Part shown: positions 50,630 to 62,894 of the stretch, in pieces | Numbering within the stretch: the stretch's first letter is position 1 | How the letters are laid out: each line of letters begins with the position of its first letter | Source of the DNA: Octopus bimaculoides | Taxonomy: Eukaryota | Length of the DNA stretch: 64,000 bases | Direction of reading: 5' to 3' | Assembly (NCBI RefSeq): GCF_001194135.2 | Contig: NC_068986.1 | Location: 34,798,615-34,862,614, forward strand | The notes under the pieces: model-generated | Told to the model about the DNA's origin: nothing | Database searches by the model: none | The model's input: only the letters and a program-made list of their open reading frames with translations | Made by a program: the position numbers and the translations under genes

Positions 50630-51288
50630 CAGACATAATTGTGTGTGGTTAAGGAGTTTACTTCCCTACCATGTGGTTTTAAGTTAGTTCTGTTGCATGG
50701 CACCTTAGGCAAGTATCTTATACTATAGCCCTACTGATAAAAAAGCCTTGGCAGTTGATTGAGTAGGTGGAAACTGAAAGAAGCCCATTCTTTGTACATA
50801 TGTATGTGTGTGTGTGTGCATGTATATATACATGTGTCTATGTGTGTTTGTGTATGTATGTAGGTAACCACACATGCTTTTCTTGGACTATTCTTTTCCT
50901 TCTCTCTGGACCTTTCCTCATTCTGACAAAGAACTATGTTTGAAATGTCACACCCCTTCTTTTTTCTCCATCTTAAACTGAGCATCAATCTTATATGTTT
51001 ACTGTGTATGTCCTTTTGACTTTTGTTGTTTGTGTTTTTATATTTGATTCGTGTGTATATTCTTATTTTGACATGATGTAATAGTTGTAAATGAGTAGCA
51101 TTCTTATACAAACAATGTCCTTCGTTTCCAATCTTCTGTGAAAATGTCCAGCCAAGAAGAAACATTAGTTTGGCTGAAGACTGGTGAGGGTTGGTGGCAG
51201 GAACAGCATCTGGCTGTATAAAATCTACTCCAGTGAGTTCCATTTAACCCATGCAAGCATGGAGAAGCAAATGTTCAGATGACAAAGA

Positions 51289-51319
<31 letters not shown>

Positions 51320-51910
51320 GTGTGCGTTCCAAATTAAGTAGATTCAAACACAAATGACACCTGAGGGAGAATCAGAAGTATCTGATTGCTTCACCTATTT
51401 GATTCTTTTCATATGTCATATGAGTTTGGTGTGTGTGTGTGTGTGTGTGTAAAGTTCAAATGCTTGATTTATTATTATCACCTGATGATCTCAGGAGATG
51501 ATGAAACTGACAGTTATAGTGTGAACAATGGTTAATCCTAGATTTGAATAAAATTATTTGACTAAAGATTTTTATTTTGAATTTTAAGTGGTTTTCTATT
51601 GAAAATTAATTTACCATACACATACATAGATATATGAATGTTTATATATGCAAGTTGTGCATACATATATATGACTGTATATTTGTGTGTATATATATAT
51701 ATGTGTGTGTGTGTGTGGTAACCTTACTAATGCTTGTAGCATGGAAAAAACACTCTACCTCTGTAAAGGAGTTGGCATTAGGATGTGCATCCAGCCATAG
51801 AAACCATGCCAAAGCAAACACTAGAGCACAATGCAGTTCTTAAACACCCATCAGATGCTGTCAAACCATCCAACTCCTGCTAATCTGGAACATGGATGTT
51901 AAATGATGAT
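50630..51910 (+). mobile_element. Cluster: SINE A head (50630-50800), D2 (51060-51290), D (51735-51910)
   Basis: GGCAAGTATCTTATACTATAGCC; GGCAGGAACAGCATCTGGCTG; GCATCCAGCCATAGAAACCATGCC. Confidence 0.65.
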
Positions 51911-52336
51911 TATGAATGTGTTTGTATGTATGTATATTATTTACTATGCACAGTACTTAAAAAACAAGCTACCATTAGTTTCATGCTGTAGAAACAATTA
52001 GCCAGCATATCACTGTGTGTGTGTGTGTATGTGAGAGAGTCCATTCCATGTCTGTCCCTTCTCTGGATATTTGTGCTTGATAGGTTTTAGGCCGTATATG
52101 TCTCAGTTTAGTTTCTTGAAGAAATATTTGTTTCTCTGTTGTAAACTGTCAAGTGACTTGTTGCACATCTTCAGTTTGCTCTCATTCACTCACTCCACCA
52201 CCATCATCCCCCCCCCACCTTTTTTTTTTCATCCTCTCACTCAATCCAGTGTTGCACTCACTTCACTCTGACTCTACTCACTTGTTTGTTACTGCCTTAT
52301 TCATTTCATTCTTTTACTCACCCACTCTCTCTCTCT

Positions 52337-53247
52337 NNNNNNNNNNNNNNNNNNNNNNNNNNNNNNNNNNNNNNNNNNNNNNNNNNNNNNNNNNNNNNNN
52401 NNNNNNNNNNNNNNNNNNNNNNNNNNNNNNNNNNNNNNNNNNNNNNNNNNNNNNNNNNNNNNNNNNNNNNNNNNNNNNNNNNNNNNNNNNNNNNNNNNNN
52501 NNNNNNNNNNNNNNNNNNNNNNNNNNNNNNNNNNNNNNNNNNNNNNNNNNNNNNNNNNNNNNNNNNNNNNNNNNNNNNNNNNNNNNNNNNNNNNNNNNNN
52601 NNNNNNNNNNNNNNNNNNNNNNNNNNNNNNNNNNNNNNNNNNNNNNNNNNNNNNNNNNNNNNNNNNNNNNNNNNNNNNNNNNNNNNNNNNNNNNNNNNNN
52701 NNNNNNNNNNNNNNNNNNNNNNNNNNNNNNNNNNNNNNNNNNNNNNNNNNNNNNNNNNNNNNNNNNNNNNNNNNNNNNNNNNNNNNNNNNNNNNNNNNNN
52801 NNNNNNNNNNNNNNNNNNNNNNNNNNNNNNNNNNNNNNNNNNNNNNNNNNNNNNNNNNNNNNNNNNNNNNNNNNNNNNNNNNNNNNNNNNNNNNNNNNNN
52901 NNNNNNNNNNNNNNNNNNNNNNNNNNNNNNNNNNNNNNNNNNNNNNNNNNNNNNNNNNNNNNNNNNNNNNNNNNNNNNNNNNNNNNNNNNNNNNNNNNNN
53001 NNNNNNNNNNNNNNNNNNNNNNNNNNNNNNNNNNNNNNNNNNNNNNNNNNNNNNNNNNNNNNNNNNNNNNNNNNNNNNNNNNNNNNNNNNNNNNNNNNNN
53101 NNNNNNNNNNNNNNNNNNNNNNNNNNNNNNNNNNNNNNNNNNNNNNNNNNNNNNNNNNNNNNNNNNNNNNNNNNNNNNNNNNNNNNNNNNNNNNNNNNNN
53201 NNNNNNNNNNNNNNNNNNNNNNNNNNNNNNNNNNNNNNNNNNNNNNN
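52337..53247. other. Assembly gap (largest); others about 9932-10577, 14009-14436, 31108-31553, 33607-34006, 34916-35288, 42298-42445, 47058-47705, 48938-49208, 58504-58708
   Basis: N runs, mostly bordered by microsatellites or young SINEs. Confidence 0.98.
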
Positions 53248-53665
53248 GGTGGTTGTGGTGATCTTCATCACTGGACGATGCAAAGAGGGAAAGCGAAACT
53301 GGCTGAAGAGGTATTAGGTTGAAGATGTGGTGTGGCATAACACTATCATCATCATCACATCATTATTGCTGTTGTATAGGATGATGGCAGTGGTGGTGGT
53401 GGTGGTGGGAGTACTGTGTGTGTGGTGTGTAGGATTTTATTACCTTATTTGCATACGTTTGATTCTAATCAAGATAATCTTGATTGTTGGGTCTTGGGTT
53501 GATGGTGGTCCTGGATCAGAACATCATTAACTGACCTCTTTTACAAAACTAATTGCTGACTATACTTTGAAGTTGGGCGTTTTTTTTTAATGTCCCTGGA
53601 CATAATTATGCTTTCACTAGCATAAATCCAGCTTTCTTCTCCATTGCTGTTATTTATTATTATTA

Positions 53666-53712
<47 letters not shown>

Positions 53713-53714
<2 letters not shown>

Positions 53715-54084
53715 GGCAGTGAACTGGCAGAATTGTTAGCACACTAGACGAAATGCTTAGCAGTATTTCACCCATTGTTACATTCTGGGTTCAAATTCCG
53801 CCGAGGTTGACTTTGCTTTTCATCCTGGTGAGGGAGGGGGGCATAAATTAAGTACCAGTTGCATACTGGGGTCGATCTAATCAACTGGCCCCTTCTCAAA
53901 AAATTTCAGGCCTTGTGCCTACGGTAGAAAGGATTATTATTATTATTATTAAGTTTATATAGGACTGAGGTAACTCCTACAGAGGTTATACAGAAATAAA
54001 AAGTAGAAGAGTGCCATAGTTTTCATGTGAAATTGGTTGAACGATATTTTACATGATAACTTATGGCACTCTTCTACTATTTGT

Positions 54085-54131
<47 letters not shown>

Positions 54132-54142
54132 ATTATTATTAA

Positions 54143-54180
<38 letters not shown>

Positions 54181-54420
54181 GTAGTAGTAGTAGTACTAAG
54201 GCATTGAGCTGGCAAACTCATTAGCATGCTGGGGCAAGGTGCTTAGTGGCATTTCATCTGTTTTTACTTTCTGAGTTCAAATTTTGCTGTGGTCAACTTT
54301 GCCTTTTATCTTTTCGGGGTCGATAAAATAAGTAGCAGTGGAATAATGGGGACACTGTAATCGACTATCCATCCCCTCCCCCAAAACTACTGGCTTTGTA
54401 CCCAAATTTGAAATCATCAT
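53713..54420 (+). mobile_element. Two SINE B copies (53713-53950, 54197-54420), each starting right after an (ATT)n/(AGT)n run
   Basis: AAGGCAGTGAACTGGCAG and AAGGCATTGAGCTGGCA heads with full cores. Confidence 0.88.
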
Positions 54421-54519
54421 CATCATCATCGTTATAATTATTATTATTGATTACATTGAGCTCTCAATACCTGTTTGTTTCTTCTATTCTATCAATTCCA
54501 GAAAATGAATGGCAAAGTT

Positions 54520-54712
54520 GAAGGATGCTAGTTGATTGCATCAACTCTAGTTGTTCTCTGGATTTTCTTATTTTATCGACACTCCCAAGAGGGTGAAAAG
54601 CAAAGATGGCCTGTATGGGATTTGAACTCTGGATTTAAAGAACCAAACAAATGCTGCAAAGCATTTCTGACCAGGCACTCTAATGATTCCACCAACCCAT
54701 TGTCCTAGTTGT
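54520..54712 (-). mobile_element. Old SINE B
   Basis: TTATTTTATCGAC..GATTTGAACTC..AAGCATTTC. Confidence 0.65.
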
Positions 54713-55056
54713 TGTAGTAGTAGTAGTAGTAGTAGTAGTAGCAGCAGTAGCAGCAGCAGCATTATTGTTATTTATTATCGTCGTTGTTGTTTATTTAATA
54801 ATCTCTCCAATTTCTTTTTTGTGATAGTCCTTCATTGGTTTAATTATCTCTTATTCTATGTGTTCCATCCTCTTCTCTCTCTCTCTCTCTCTCTCACATC
54901 TTTTTATCCCAGTCTCATTTCAGTTTCCATTCTGCCTCTGTGGTGTCTGCATGCATTAGTCTGTCTAATGTTTCTCCCACCACCACCACCACTTGTTTTC
55001 ACTTCCCTCTCATACCCATACACTCTTTCCTCATCTATTTAACTATATATTTTCCC

Positions 55057-55153
<97 letters not shown>

Positions 55154-56180
55154 TACTTTCTCTTTCTCTAATCCCTTATTTGTTACCATATCTTTTACAG
55201 ACACATGGATTTAACCGATTAAACAAGTTCCTCACCCTCTTCTTCCTCACTTAACTCCAACCATTAGCCAAGTCTATCAACTCCCTCTCTCTCCCTCCCT
55301 CTCTAATCCTCTCTTTTCTCTTTACTTAGCTATATACACTACATCATAGTCTTCGGTGAGAGAGGAAGGAAGACTTTTTTAAATTTTTTCAACCAACAAT
55401 TACCATAAAACTTTAACATTCCAATTTTTCTTTTATGATAATGCTGTTGGTGTTCTTATTCTTGTTGTTGTTATTGTTATCATTGTTAATTATTGTTTTT
55501 TTTTTCGGGGGGTGGGGGATATGAAATTATCGCTTCATCACAAAATCAGATTCCTTCATATTAAAATAGCCATTTATCTCAGTCAACTTTTCCCTTATCT
55601 GTTTATATCTTAAATTAGTGTAATTACAAGTGGATGATGGCAGGAAGGAGGGAGGGAGGAGATGGCTCTTCAGTCTCACCACCACCACCAGATATATGTA
55701 TTGCACTGTACAACCAACCTCATAGTTCCATTTTTAGTGACACCACCACCACTACCACTACAGGAATACAAAAATTTAGTGTTATTCCCCCATCATTAAC
55801 CCTTCCTTTACTCCAAAAGAATCAATTCAAATTCTATTTATTTCATCAGATATTGATAGTAAATTGTATTTGTTTTTAAATAATCATGTTGGACAGTGTG
55901 TGTGTGTATGAAAGAGAGGGTGTGTATGAGAGAGATCTGGGGTGCAGTTATTTGTGTGAATAAAGAACGGTGTATTACCGCAAACAATAGCGTATATTAT
56001 ACATCATCATACCTGTATGTGTGTAAAATAGTATAAGCCGTATTTCTGAGCTAGATTTTTGTTTCAAGAATGAGAGCATATGGTGTTCATTGTCATTCTC
56101 TTATGATTGATTCTTCTTTTGTTTGTATGAAATGAAATGTCATCAGCCTCGTGAATGCAAATGTGTTTTTGCTAGACGAG

Positions 56181-56221
<41 letters not shown>

Positions 56222-57235
56222 TCATTTTGATTTATTTTCTTCTGTGTATTATGGATTTATAGCCGCATTCTCTTTTATTGTTTCTCTTTCTCCCTCTGTT
56301 ATTCTCTCTCTCTCTTTCCCTCTCTTATACTCACACACTTCTCATTGTGTCCATCTTATCATCCTTTTGCTTGTTAGCATATTATCTGTCTCATTGCTGA
56401 TAATAAAATCCAGTAGGAGTTGATCATTTCCTGATTTTGTGGTGGAAGATGACACCTTAACTACCAGGAGACTGATTCAATATAAGACACCTATCTCACG
56501 CCATTTTAGAATATTATATAGGTTTTTACCATGCTGCTTAGAAAGTCTCTTGCCGTTAAACAAGAAGAGGTCAGGAATAATGTCCAGTGCAACCAGATTA
56601 CACTGATGTAATTCTCCATTAGTGCCGCAGGATTGTTTAAATGCTATTGGCCGGCTGTACTTTCACTTTCGCTTTCACTTTCCCTCCCAACCTTTCTCTT
56701 CTCGTGTAGCAGCTGAGATGTAAAGATGCTTTAAATTAACCTACTATTTGTGTGTTGCTGACATTTTAGTTTCAGAGACGATCCTTGTGTAATAATGGCT
56801 AAACAAAACTCACCTTTGCACCACCGTCCATTACAAGACTTCTTAGAAAAATAGTTAGTGTAGGATTAGATTGGGTTTGTAAAGACTAGCTGATAGAAAA
56901 GGAAAATTAAGACAAAGTTCTGATTTATTGTTTGTTTTTGTCTTTTTTTTTTTAAATTTTATTTCATTAACATTGCCATCATCATCAGTATTATATTTGT
57001 TTTGATATCTATTTTACCATGATGGCAAGATATGTCTGCAACACAAGATATTGTCATCCTTTCTCAACACTGTGGCTCCCTCTATCTTGATCTTTTGACA
57101 TCACTGTTCCTTTCTTTGTCTTCTTCGCTTTCTATCCCTGCGATAAGTACTTTCTGCCTTCAGTTGATGGTATTTTCTTCACTCTGTACTTCTTCGCTGC
57201 CACCATCATCTCCTGCAAAACATCGATACATTTAA

Positions 57236-58046
57236 CACTTAAGCATTCAAACTAGCCATATCTCACTCAAATACTATCTGTTTTATGTTCAAACTGGCTA
57301 GGTCCAACTTCTCACACTTACCATACCATGTCATAATCATGGCTGATGCCGGTGGCATGTTAAAAACAACCTTACAAACGTTGGGCCTCACTGAGGTAAT
57401 AAGTGACTGAGACCTTTAGTGATATGTCATGCTTGAGCAGATCCTTCAAGCCATGTGAAATCATAGTCATGGCTGATGGCAATGTCATGTAACAGGCACC
57501 CGTGCCAGTGGCATGTCAAACGCACTCTTTGAATGTTGGACCTCATGGAAGTGATAAGTAACCGAGACCTTTGGTGATGTTTCATGCTTGAGAAGACCCA
57601 TCAAGCCAAGTGAAATTGTAGTTGTGGCCAATGCTGGTGGCATGTAACTGGCACCTGTGCTGGTGGTGGAACATGACTGGCACCTGTGCTAGTGGTACGT
57701 AACTGGCACCTGTGCTAGTGGTACGTAAATGGTACCTGTGCTGGTGGCACATAACTGGCACCTGTGCTGGTGGCACATAATAAGCGCCCACTGCACTCTT
57801 GGAGTGGTTGGCATTAGTAAGAGCATCCAGCTGTAGAAACCATGCCAAGTCAGACTGGAACCTGGTGCAGCTCTCCAGCTTACCACTTTCTGTCGAACCA
57901 TCAATCCCATGCCAGCATGGAAAGCAGATACTTAACGATGATGATCATCATCAAAATCTCGAAGCTATGAGATGATACATGATTAATTCAAAACAATGTA
58001 AATAAATAAGCATTACATTAGACAAAGTAATCTGAATACTTAAGGA
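57236..58046. mobile_element. MITE E split by an RTE-type LINE 3' end
   Basis: TTAA 57232-57235. E left half runs to about 57334, the right half covers 57946-58046, then TTAC. Confidence 0.8.
57335..57945 (+). mobile_element. 5'-truncated RTE-like LINE: duplicated ORF2 C-terminus, 26-bp minisatellite 3' UTR, (GAT)n tail
   Basis: Decayed frames LQTLGLTEVISD*DL**YVMLEQILQAM* and MLDLMEVISNRDLW*CFMLEKTHQAK* resemble the RTE C-terminal DR..WR motif. TGGCACCTGTGCT units at about 57648-57780. Confidence 0.7.
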
Positions 58047-58275
58047 TTACTGTCCAATTTGCACATCCTGTTGCTGGATATGTTGACATTCTGTGTTTGA
58101 ATGTCATGAATACCAATGACTCAACCTGTTCGGGTGGGGGGGGGCTGTTTTTAGTCAGATCTCTCACTTGACTTTGTTCAAACAAACATGATGCCGAAAG
58201 CTGATTAAATGAAATGTTTTATCAAGGTTTTTTGTTGGGATTGTCTTGTCTTTGTCATGGCCATGTTGTCTTTAA

Positions 58276-58503
58276 CCCTTTTTATACCAACCTGCCTGAG
58301 ACTGATTCCTACTTCTGTGATACAAATCTTTCTGTTTTAACCCTTTAGATACCAAATAGCCTGAGGCCACCCTCAATTCTATAATATAAACTTCCTGTTT
58401 TTTTTTTTTTTTTATTTCTCAAAGTGTATTTAAATCTTTGGTCAAAATTTCATGTTACAAATATCAGCTTAATAATTACAATGTTATTTTAACAGAAATG
58501 TGG
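58276..58503. mobile_element. MITE F with duplicated 5' end (starts 58276 and 58341), running into a gap
   Basis: TTAA CCCTTTTTATACC and TTAA CCCTTTAGATACC. Confidence 0.75.
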
Positions 58504-58708
58504 NNNNNNNNNNNNNNNNNNNNNNNNNNNNNNNNNNNNNNNNNNNNNNNNNNNNNNNNNNNNNNNNNNNNNNNNNNNNNNNNNNNNNNNNNNNNNNNNN
58601 NNNNNNNNNNNNNNNNNNNNNNNNNNNNNNNNNNNNNNNNNNNNNNNNNNNNNNNNNNNNNNNNNNNNNNNNNNNNNNNNNNNNNNNNNNNNNNNNNNNN
58701 NNNNNNNN

Positions 58709-58772
58709 ACCCAGCTCCCCCTGGTCAGTTTCCGCACCCTATTTATGGCCCAGATTTCCCTCAAGTGCAATG
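58709..58772 (+). CDS. TCF: Next TCF/LEF coding exon (3' part; 5' end inside N gap 58504-58708)
   Basis: Reads (Y)PAPPGQFPHPIYGPDFPQVQ-W and ends TG|GTAAGT (donor 58773, phase 2 inside the Trp codon). Matches TCF7L2 YPLSPGTVGQIPHPLGW with the same phase-2 split. The expected N-terminal IPRP-like residues would lie in the gap. Confidence 0.88.
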
Positions 58773-59240
58773 GTAAGTTTCAGTTTTCATATGAAATAAA
58801 TCAATAAAACACCCAACGAGAAAGTAAGCCAACTTGGCTTCAGTTTCACATTACATGTTGTTGTTGTTGTTGTCGTTGCTGTCGTTTCTATGTTTGTCTA
58901 ATTCCTGTTTCACAGCAGTCTAATTTGATGTCGGTTTATTAAAGAAAAAAATCTTCAATTATCTGCTTTCAAACTGCTAAGTAAATAAATCTCTTCACTT
59001 AACATTGTTTTATTAGCGATTATAAATGTTTTGATTTTATTACAAACTACTCTTTAACCCATTTGATAGCAAGGAGCATGAAACTTGAAATCACTGCTGC
59101 TTTTTGGTTCTCTTGAAAGAAAACTTGTGTTATTCATCATCATCCAGTTGATCTTGCTTGGATTTTGAGTCTTCTCTACAATGTTATCTACCACGATTCT
59201 GTTTAGTATTCAAGAGGTCAGTGAGGCAACATTCTGTGTT

Positions 59241-59663
59241 TGTACAGAGCTGTGTGGTAAGAAGCTTGCTTCTCAGTCACGTGGCTCTGGGTTCAGTCTC
59301 GCTTTGTGACACCTGGGACAAGTGTCTTCTACTATTGCCTCCGGCCGACCAAAGCCTTGTGAGTGGATTTGATCAATGGTAACTGGGGAAAAAAAACCCA
59401 TCATATATATGCATATGTATCCATCCATGTGTGTGTGCATGTCTGTGTTTGTTCCCCCCCCCCACTACTGCGTGACAACTGATGTTGGTGTGTTTACATC
59501 CCTGTAACTTTGCAGCTCGGCAAAAGAGACCGAAAGAATAAGTACCAGGCTTTAAAAAAAAAAAAAAGGGCCTAGGTTCAGTTTGTTTGACTAAAACCCT
59601 TCAAGGGAGTGCTCCAGCATGGCTGCAGTCAAATGAATGAAACAAGCAAAAGATAAAAGATAA
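59241..59663 (+). mobile_element. SINE family A, full length
   Basis: GCTGTGTGGTAAGAAGC head through GCTCCAGCATGGC..AAAAGAT tail. Confidence 0.88.
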
Positions 59664-59736
59664 TGGTGCATATGCAGTTTTGAACAAAAACATCAGCTGA
59701 CCGTTAGCAATACTTACAATCATATATGTACACAAA

Positions 59737-59769
<33 letters not shown>

Positions 59770-59771
<2 letters not shown>

Positions 59772-60232
59772 GTGTGTGGCTTAGTAGTTAGGGGTATTTG
59801 ACTTATAATTGTAATGTCATGAGTTCAATTCCCAGTGACATGTCCTTCAGCAAGACATTTCATTTCATGCTGCCACAGTCCACTCAGCTAGCAAAAATGA
59901 GTAGCACCTGTATTTCAAAAGGACCGCATTCTGTTTCGTGCTGAATCTCCCTGAGAACTGCATTAAGAGTACGTGTGTCTGTGGGGTACTCAGCCACTTG
60001 CATATTACTTTCATGAGCAAGCAGTTCTGTTGATCAGATCAGCTGGGACCCACGTCATTAAGGAGGGACAAAGGGCCACATCAGCTCTAAGTTGGCACTT
60101 ATTTTCAGCTGAGTAGACTGGAATAATGTGAAGTGATGTGCCTTGCCCAAGGATAATATGTGCCGCCTAGTCCTGGAATTGAAACTATGACCTCATGACT
60201 GTGACTCCAACAGTTTGACCAATAGGCTACAC
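59770..60232. mobile_element. Diverged C-type SINE (+, 59770-60065) and CORE-like SINE (-, 60070-60232)
   Basis: GTACGTGTGTCTGTGGGGTACTCAGCCACTTG matches the C body; GTGCCTTGCCCAAGG..GGAATTGAAAC is a reverse core/head. Confidence 0.65.
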
Positions 60233-60296
60233 ACACACATGCATGCATGGTGGCTACCACGTTCCATTAACAAAGCATTGGGCAACCCAGGGCTAT

Positions 60297-60710
60297 AATC
60301 CTTTCTGTTATAGGCACAAGGCCTGAAATTTGGGGGAGGGAGATAGTCGATTACATCGATCCCAGTGTTTCACTGGTACTTAATTTATCGACCCCGAAAG
60401 GATGAAAGGCAAAGTTGACCTCAGTGGAATTTGAACTCAGAATGTAGCAATGGGCAAAATACCGCTAAGCATTTTGTCCAGCATGCTAATGATTCAGCCA
60501 GCTTGCTGTCTTACTCAAGGCTATAAGATCAAAGATGGTACTGCCCAATAAAATCAAACCTGACACTCCTTTGTTGCAAAGTGAACTCATCTATGTTTGT
60601 GTCTGTGACTGAGCCTTTATTTTTATTGATCTCGGAAGCATCAACGGCAAGGTCAGTTTTGACAAGATTTGAACCTGAAACGTAAAGGGATGTAACTAAA
60701 TACTCATTCA
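60297..60710 (-). mobile_element. Two tandem SINE B copies (60297-60512 well preserved, 60525-60710 old)
   Basis: AGGCACAAGGCCTGAAATTT..CGAAAGGATGAAAGGCAAAG..GGAATTTGAACTC. Confidence 0.85.
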
Positions 60711-62894
60711 AGCCTCAAATACAAGATATTTTTTCACTCATTGTACTGTTTCAGCAGATCTACTGTTCTTAAAACCCAAATTAACAACACAGTTATTTTC
60801 CCTAAATCCTCCTAAATTTACGATTTATTTTAAATATTGAACACTGTCAAAAGGGGTTAAATTCATTTATGTGGTCTCTCTCTCTCTGTATATATATATC
60901 AGAAGCTGTTATCATTGTTTCATTGTTGTTACAAGGTTGAAACAAGAATAGACATTTCTTGAAAACAATATACAATTTCTTGCAGTCCAACTCCAAAAAT
61001 GAATTCCACTTTCTACAAATGACTTTATCATTAGTATTGCTCTCTGTCTGTCTGTCACTCCCCCTCCCTATCTATCTGACTGTCTCTCTTTCTCTGCACA
61101 CACACACACACACACACATAATATCTATATAATGTTTATGTATATTATAAACATATATGGTATATAATGTATATACATATTACACATGCATATATGTAAA
61201 CACACACACACACATACACACACACACACACACACATGATATCTATATCACTCACTCGTCGTTGTTTCAAATTTCTTTTTTCTGGTAACTGTTTTTGTAA
61301 AGAATTTTACCTGTAGGAATAGTTTTACATTATGTGATTTCTAATGTCCTAAGGACTCTAACAACTAGAGGTTTATCCATTCTTACTTCACACAGACACA
61401 CACACACACAAAGTGCATGCGTATATTCTTACTCTCTTTCTGCATCTACTAAAATATGTATAAAACATCTCTTTATTGTAAACTGCCACCTTTTAAGGCA
61501 TAACTTGGGTTTTCTAAAGATATATTTGTAAATTTGTGTGTGTGTGTATGTGTGGGGGTTCCCTGTTGTTCTTGTTGTGAATAATGGTAAGAGAACGGAA
61601 CTGAGATGCTCCTTAGAAATAACTGCAATGCTGCTTTCTTCAGCCTGCCTTTAAAAAAAAAAACAAAATAAAAAACAAAATAAAACCTATTACATATTCT
61701 AAAATGAATTTATGTATTGAATCTTCTTTCATTCACTTTAGACAAAATTAAATGAATCCTGCGGCACTTGCTAACTTTTACATGACAATACATGGTTTCT
61801 TGTTGTGTATGTGCCAAAAATGGGAGGGTTTTTTTTTTTTTCAAAAGAAAAAAAAAACACCCCATCCCTTAACTGTTTTTTTTTTTTTTTTCTTCCTTTC
61901 TTGGACAGCTCTGTTTCATTTTGTTCCTTTTCTGCATTTCTTGCCACTGCTCTTGTGTAGTGGAGGCAAAAATTCACTCATCTCTACTCTAATTTCATAG
62001 ATTACGGTATTTACCATTTTACAAATTAATTATTTCATTCATTGTTCTATTCTTGTTCTCTCTTTCTCATATTCACCTTGCATCCTGAGGGGGTACACTC
62101 TTCACACACACACACACGCACTAGGTTACCATGCTGTTTCCATCTTCTAATTTCATTCATGAGGTAATAGTCAGCCTGGGCAAAAATGCAAAAAGAGGTG
62201 TACACATAAGACAACGAAGTCTTAGATGTAGGAAAGGAATGAATGGTCACATCTGCAGTGCTTCCTTTGGTCACAGGTCTTCCCAAGTCGGAGCTGACCT
62301 TGGATTAAACAGCAGCTACTTGGCACTTATATTTCAGATGGCAAGTGTCCTCTGTTCACAGTAAATGCCCAAACCAGTACATAGTTATCTCTCCTGCGCA
62401 TAGCAACCAATACTACTAAAGACTGATGTCTGTCTGTCTGAATCTTTCTCTCTCAACCCCCTTCTAAAATGATGTTTAATTTCAATTACCCAGTGATTCA
62501 TACTCAGTCAGTTCATTTCTCTACTCTTCTGCTGAGGTCTTTGTTGCAATCATTGTTTTGTTGTTGTGCGACATCACACTTGCATTCTTCACATCTTGTG
62601 TAATATAATTTTTTGTACATAAGAAAAAAAAAAAAACAACAGCAAAAAGAAAAACCATTGACTACAAAGACAACAATTCTGTGAACTTCTTTCATTAACA
62701 CACAAATCATGCTTTCATTGGAACTTACCACTAATTATATTATATATGGAGCAACACTTACCTACTTTATCCAGCAAGTCCTCTAAATACTCCATGGCTT
62801 TCAAATCTAATCCACTCCCTGCTGACAGACAACTACAACAACTGCAAATCTAACTGCATTTTTATCTATTTTGTATATCTAGTAAATTGGGATA

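Larger units (their letters stand above)
48510..58708 (+). other. TCF: TCF intron (about 10 kb)
   Basis: Starts at GT 48510. The acceptor lies in the 58504-58708 gap. Confidence 0.8.

Noticed and set aside
51475-51525. CTGATGA-TCTCAGGAGA-TGAT-GAA-ACTGACAGT hammerhead-like string
   Set aside because: Stem II lacks the purine-pyrimidine closing pair, has 4 extra nt, and stem I does not pair in register.
57640-57790. Regular 26-bp repeats resembling a CRISPR array
   Set aside because: No unique spacers, eukaryotic context, and part of a LINE 3' UTR minisatellite.
60526-60534. Single perfect TCF site AGATCAAAG
   Set aside because: Isolated, at the edge of a decayed SINE, and expected by chance in 64 kb.
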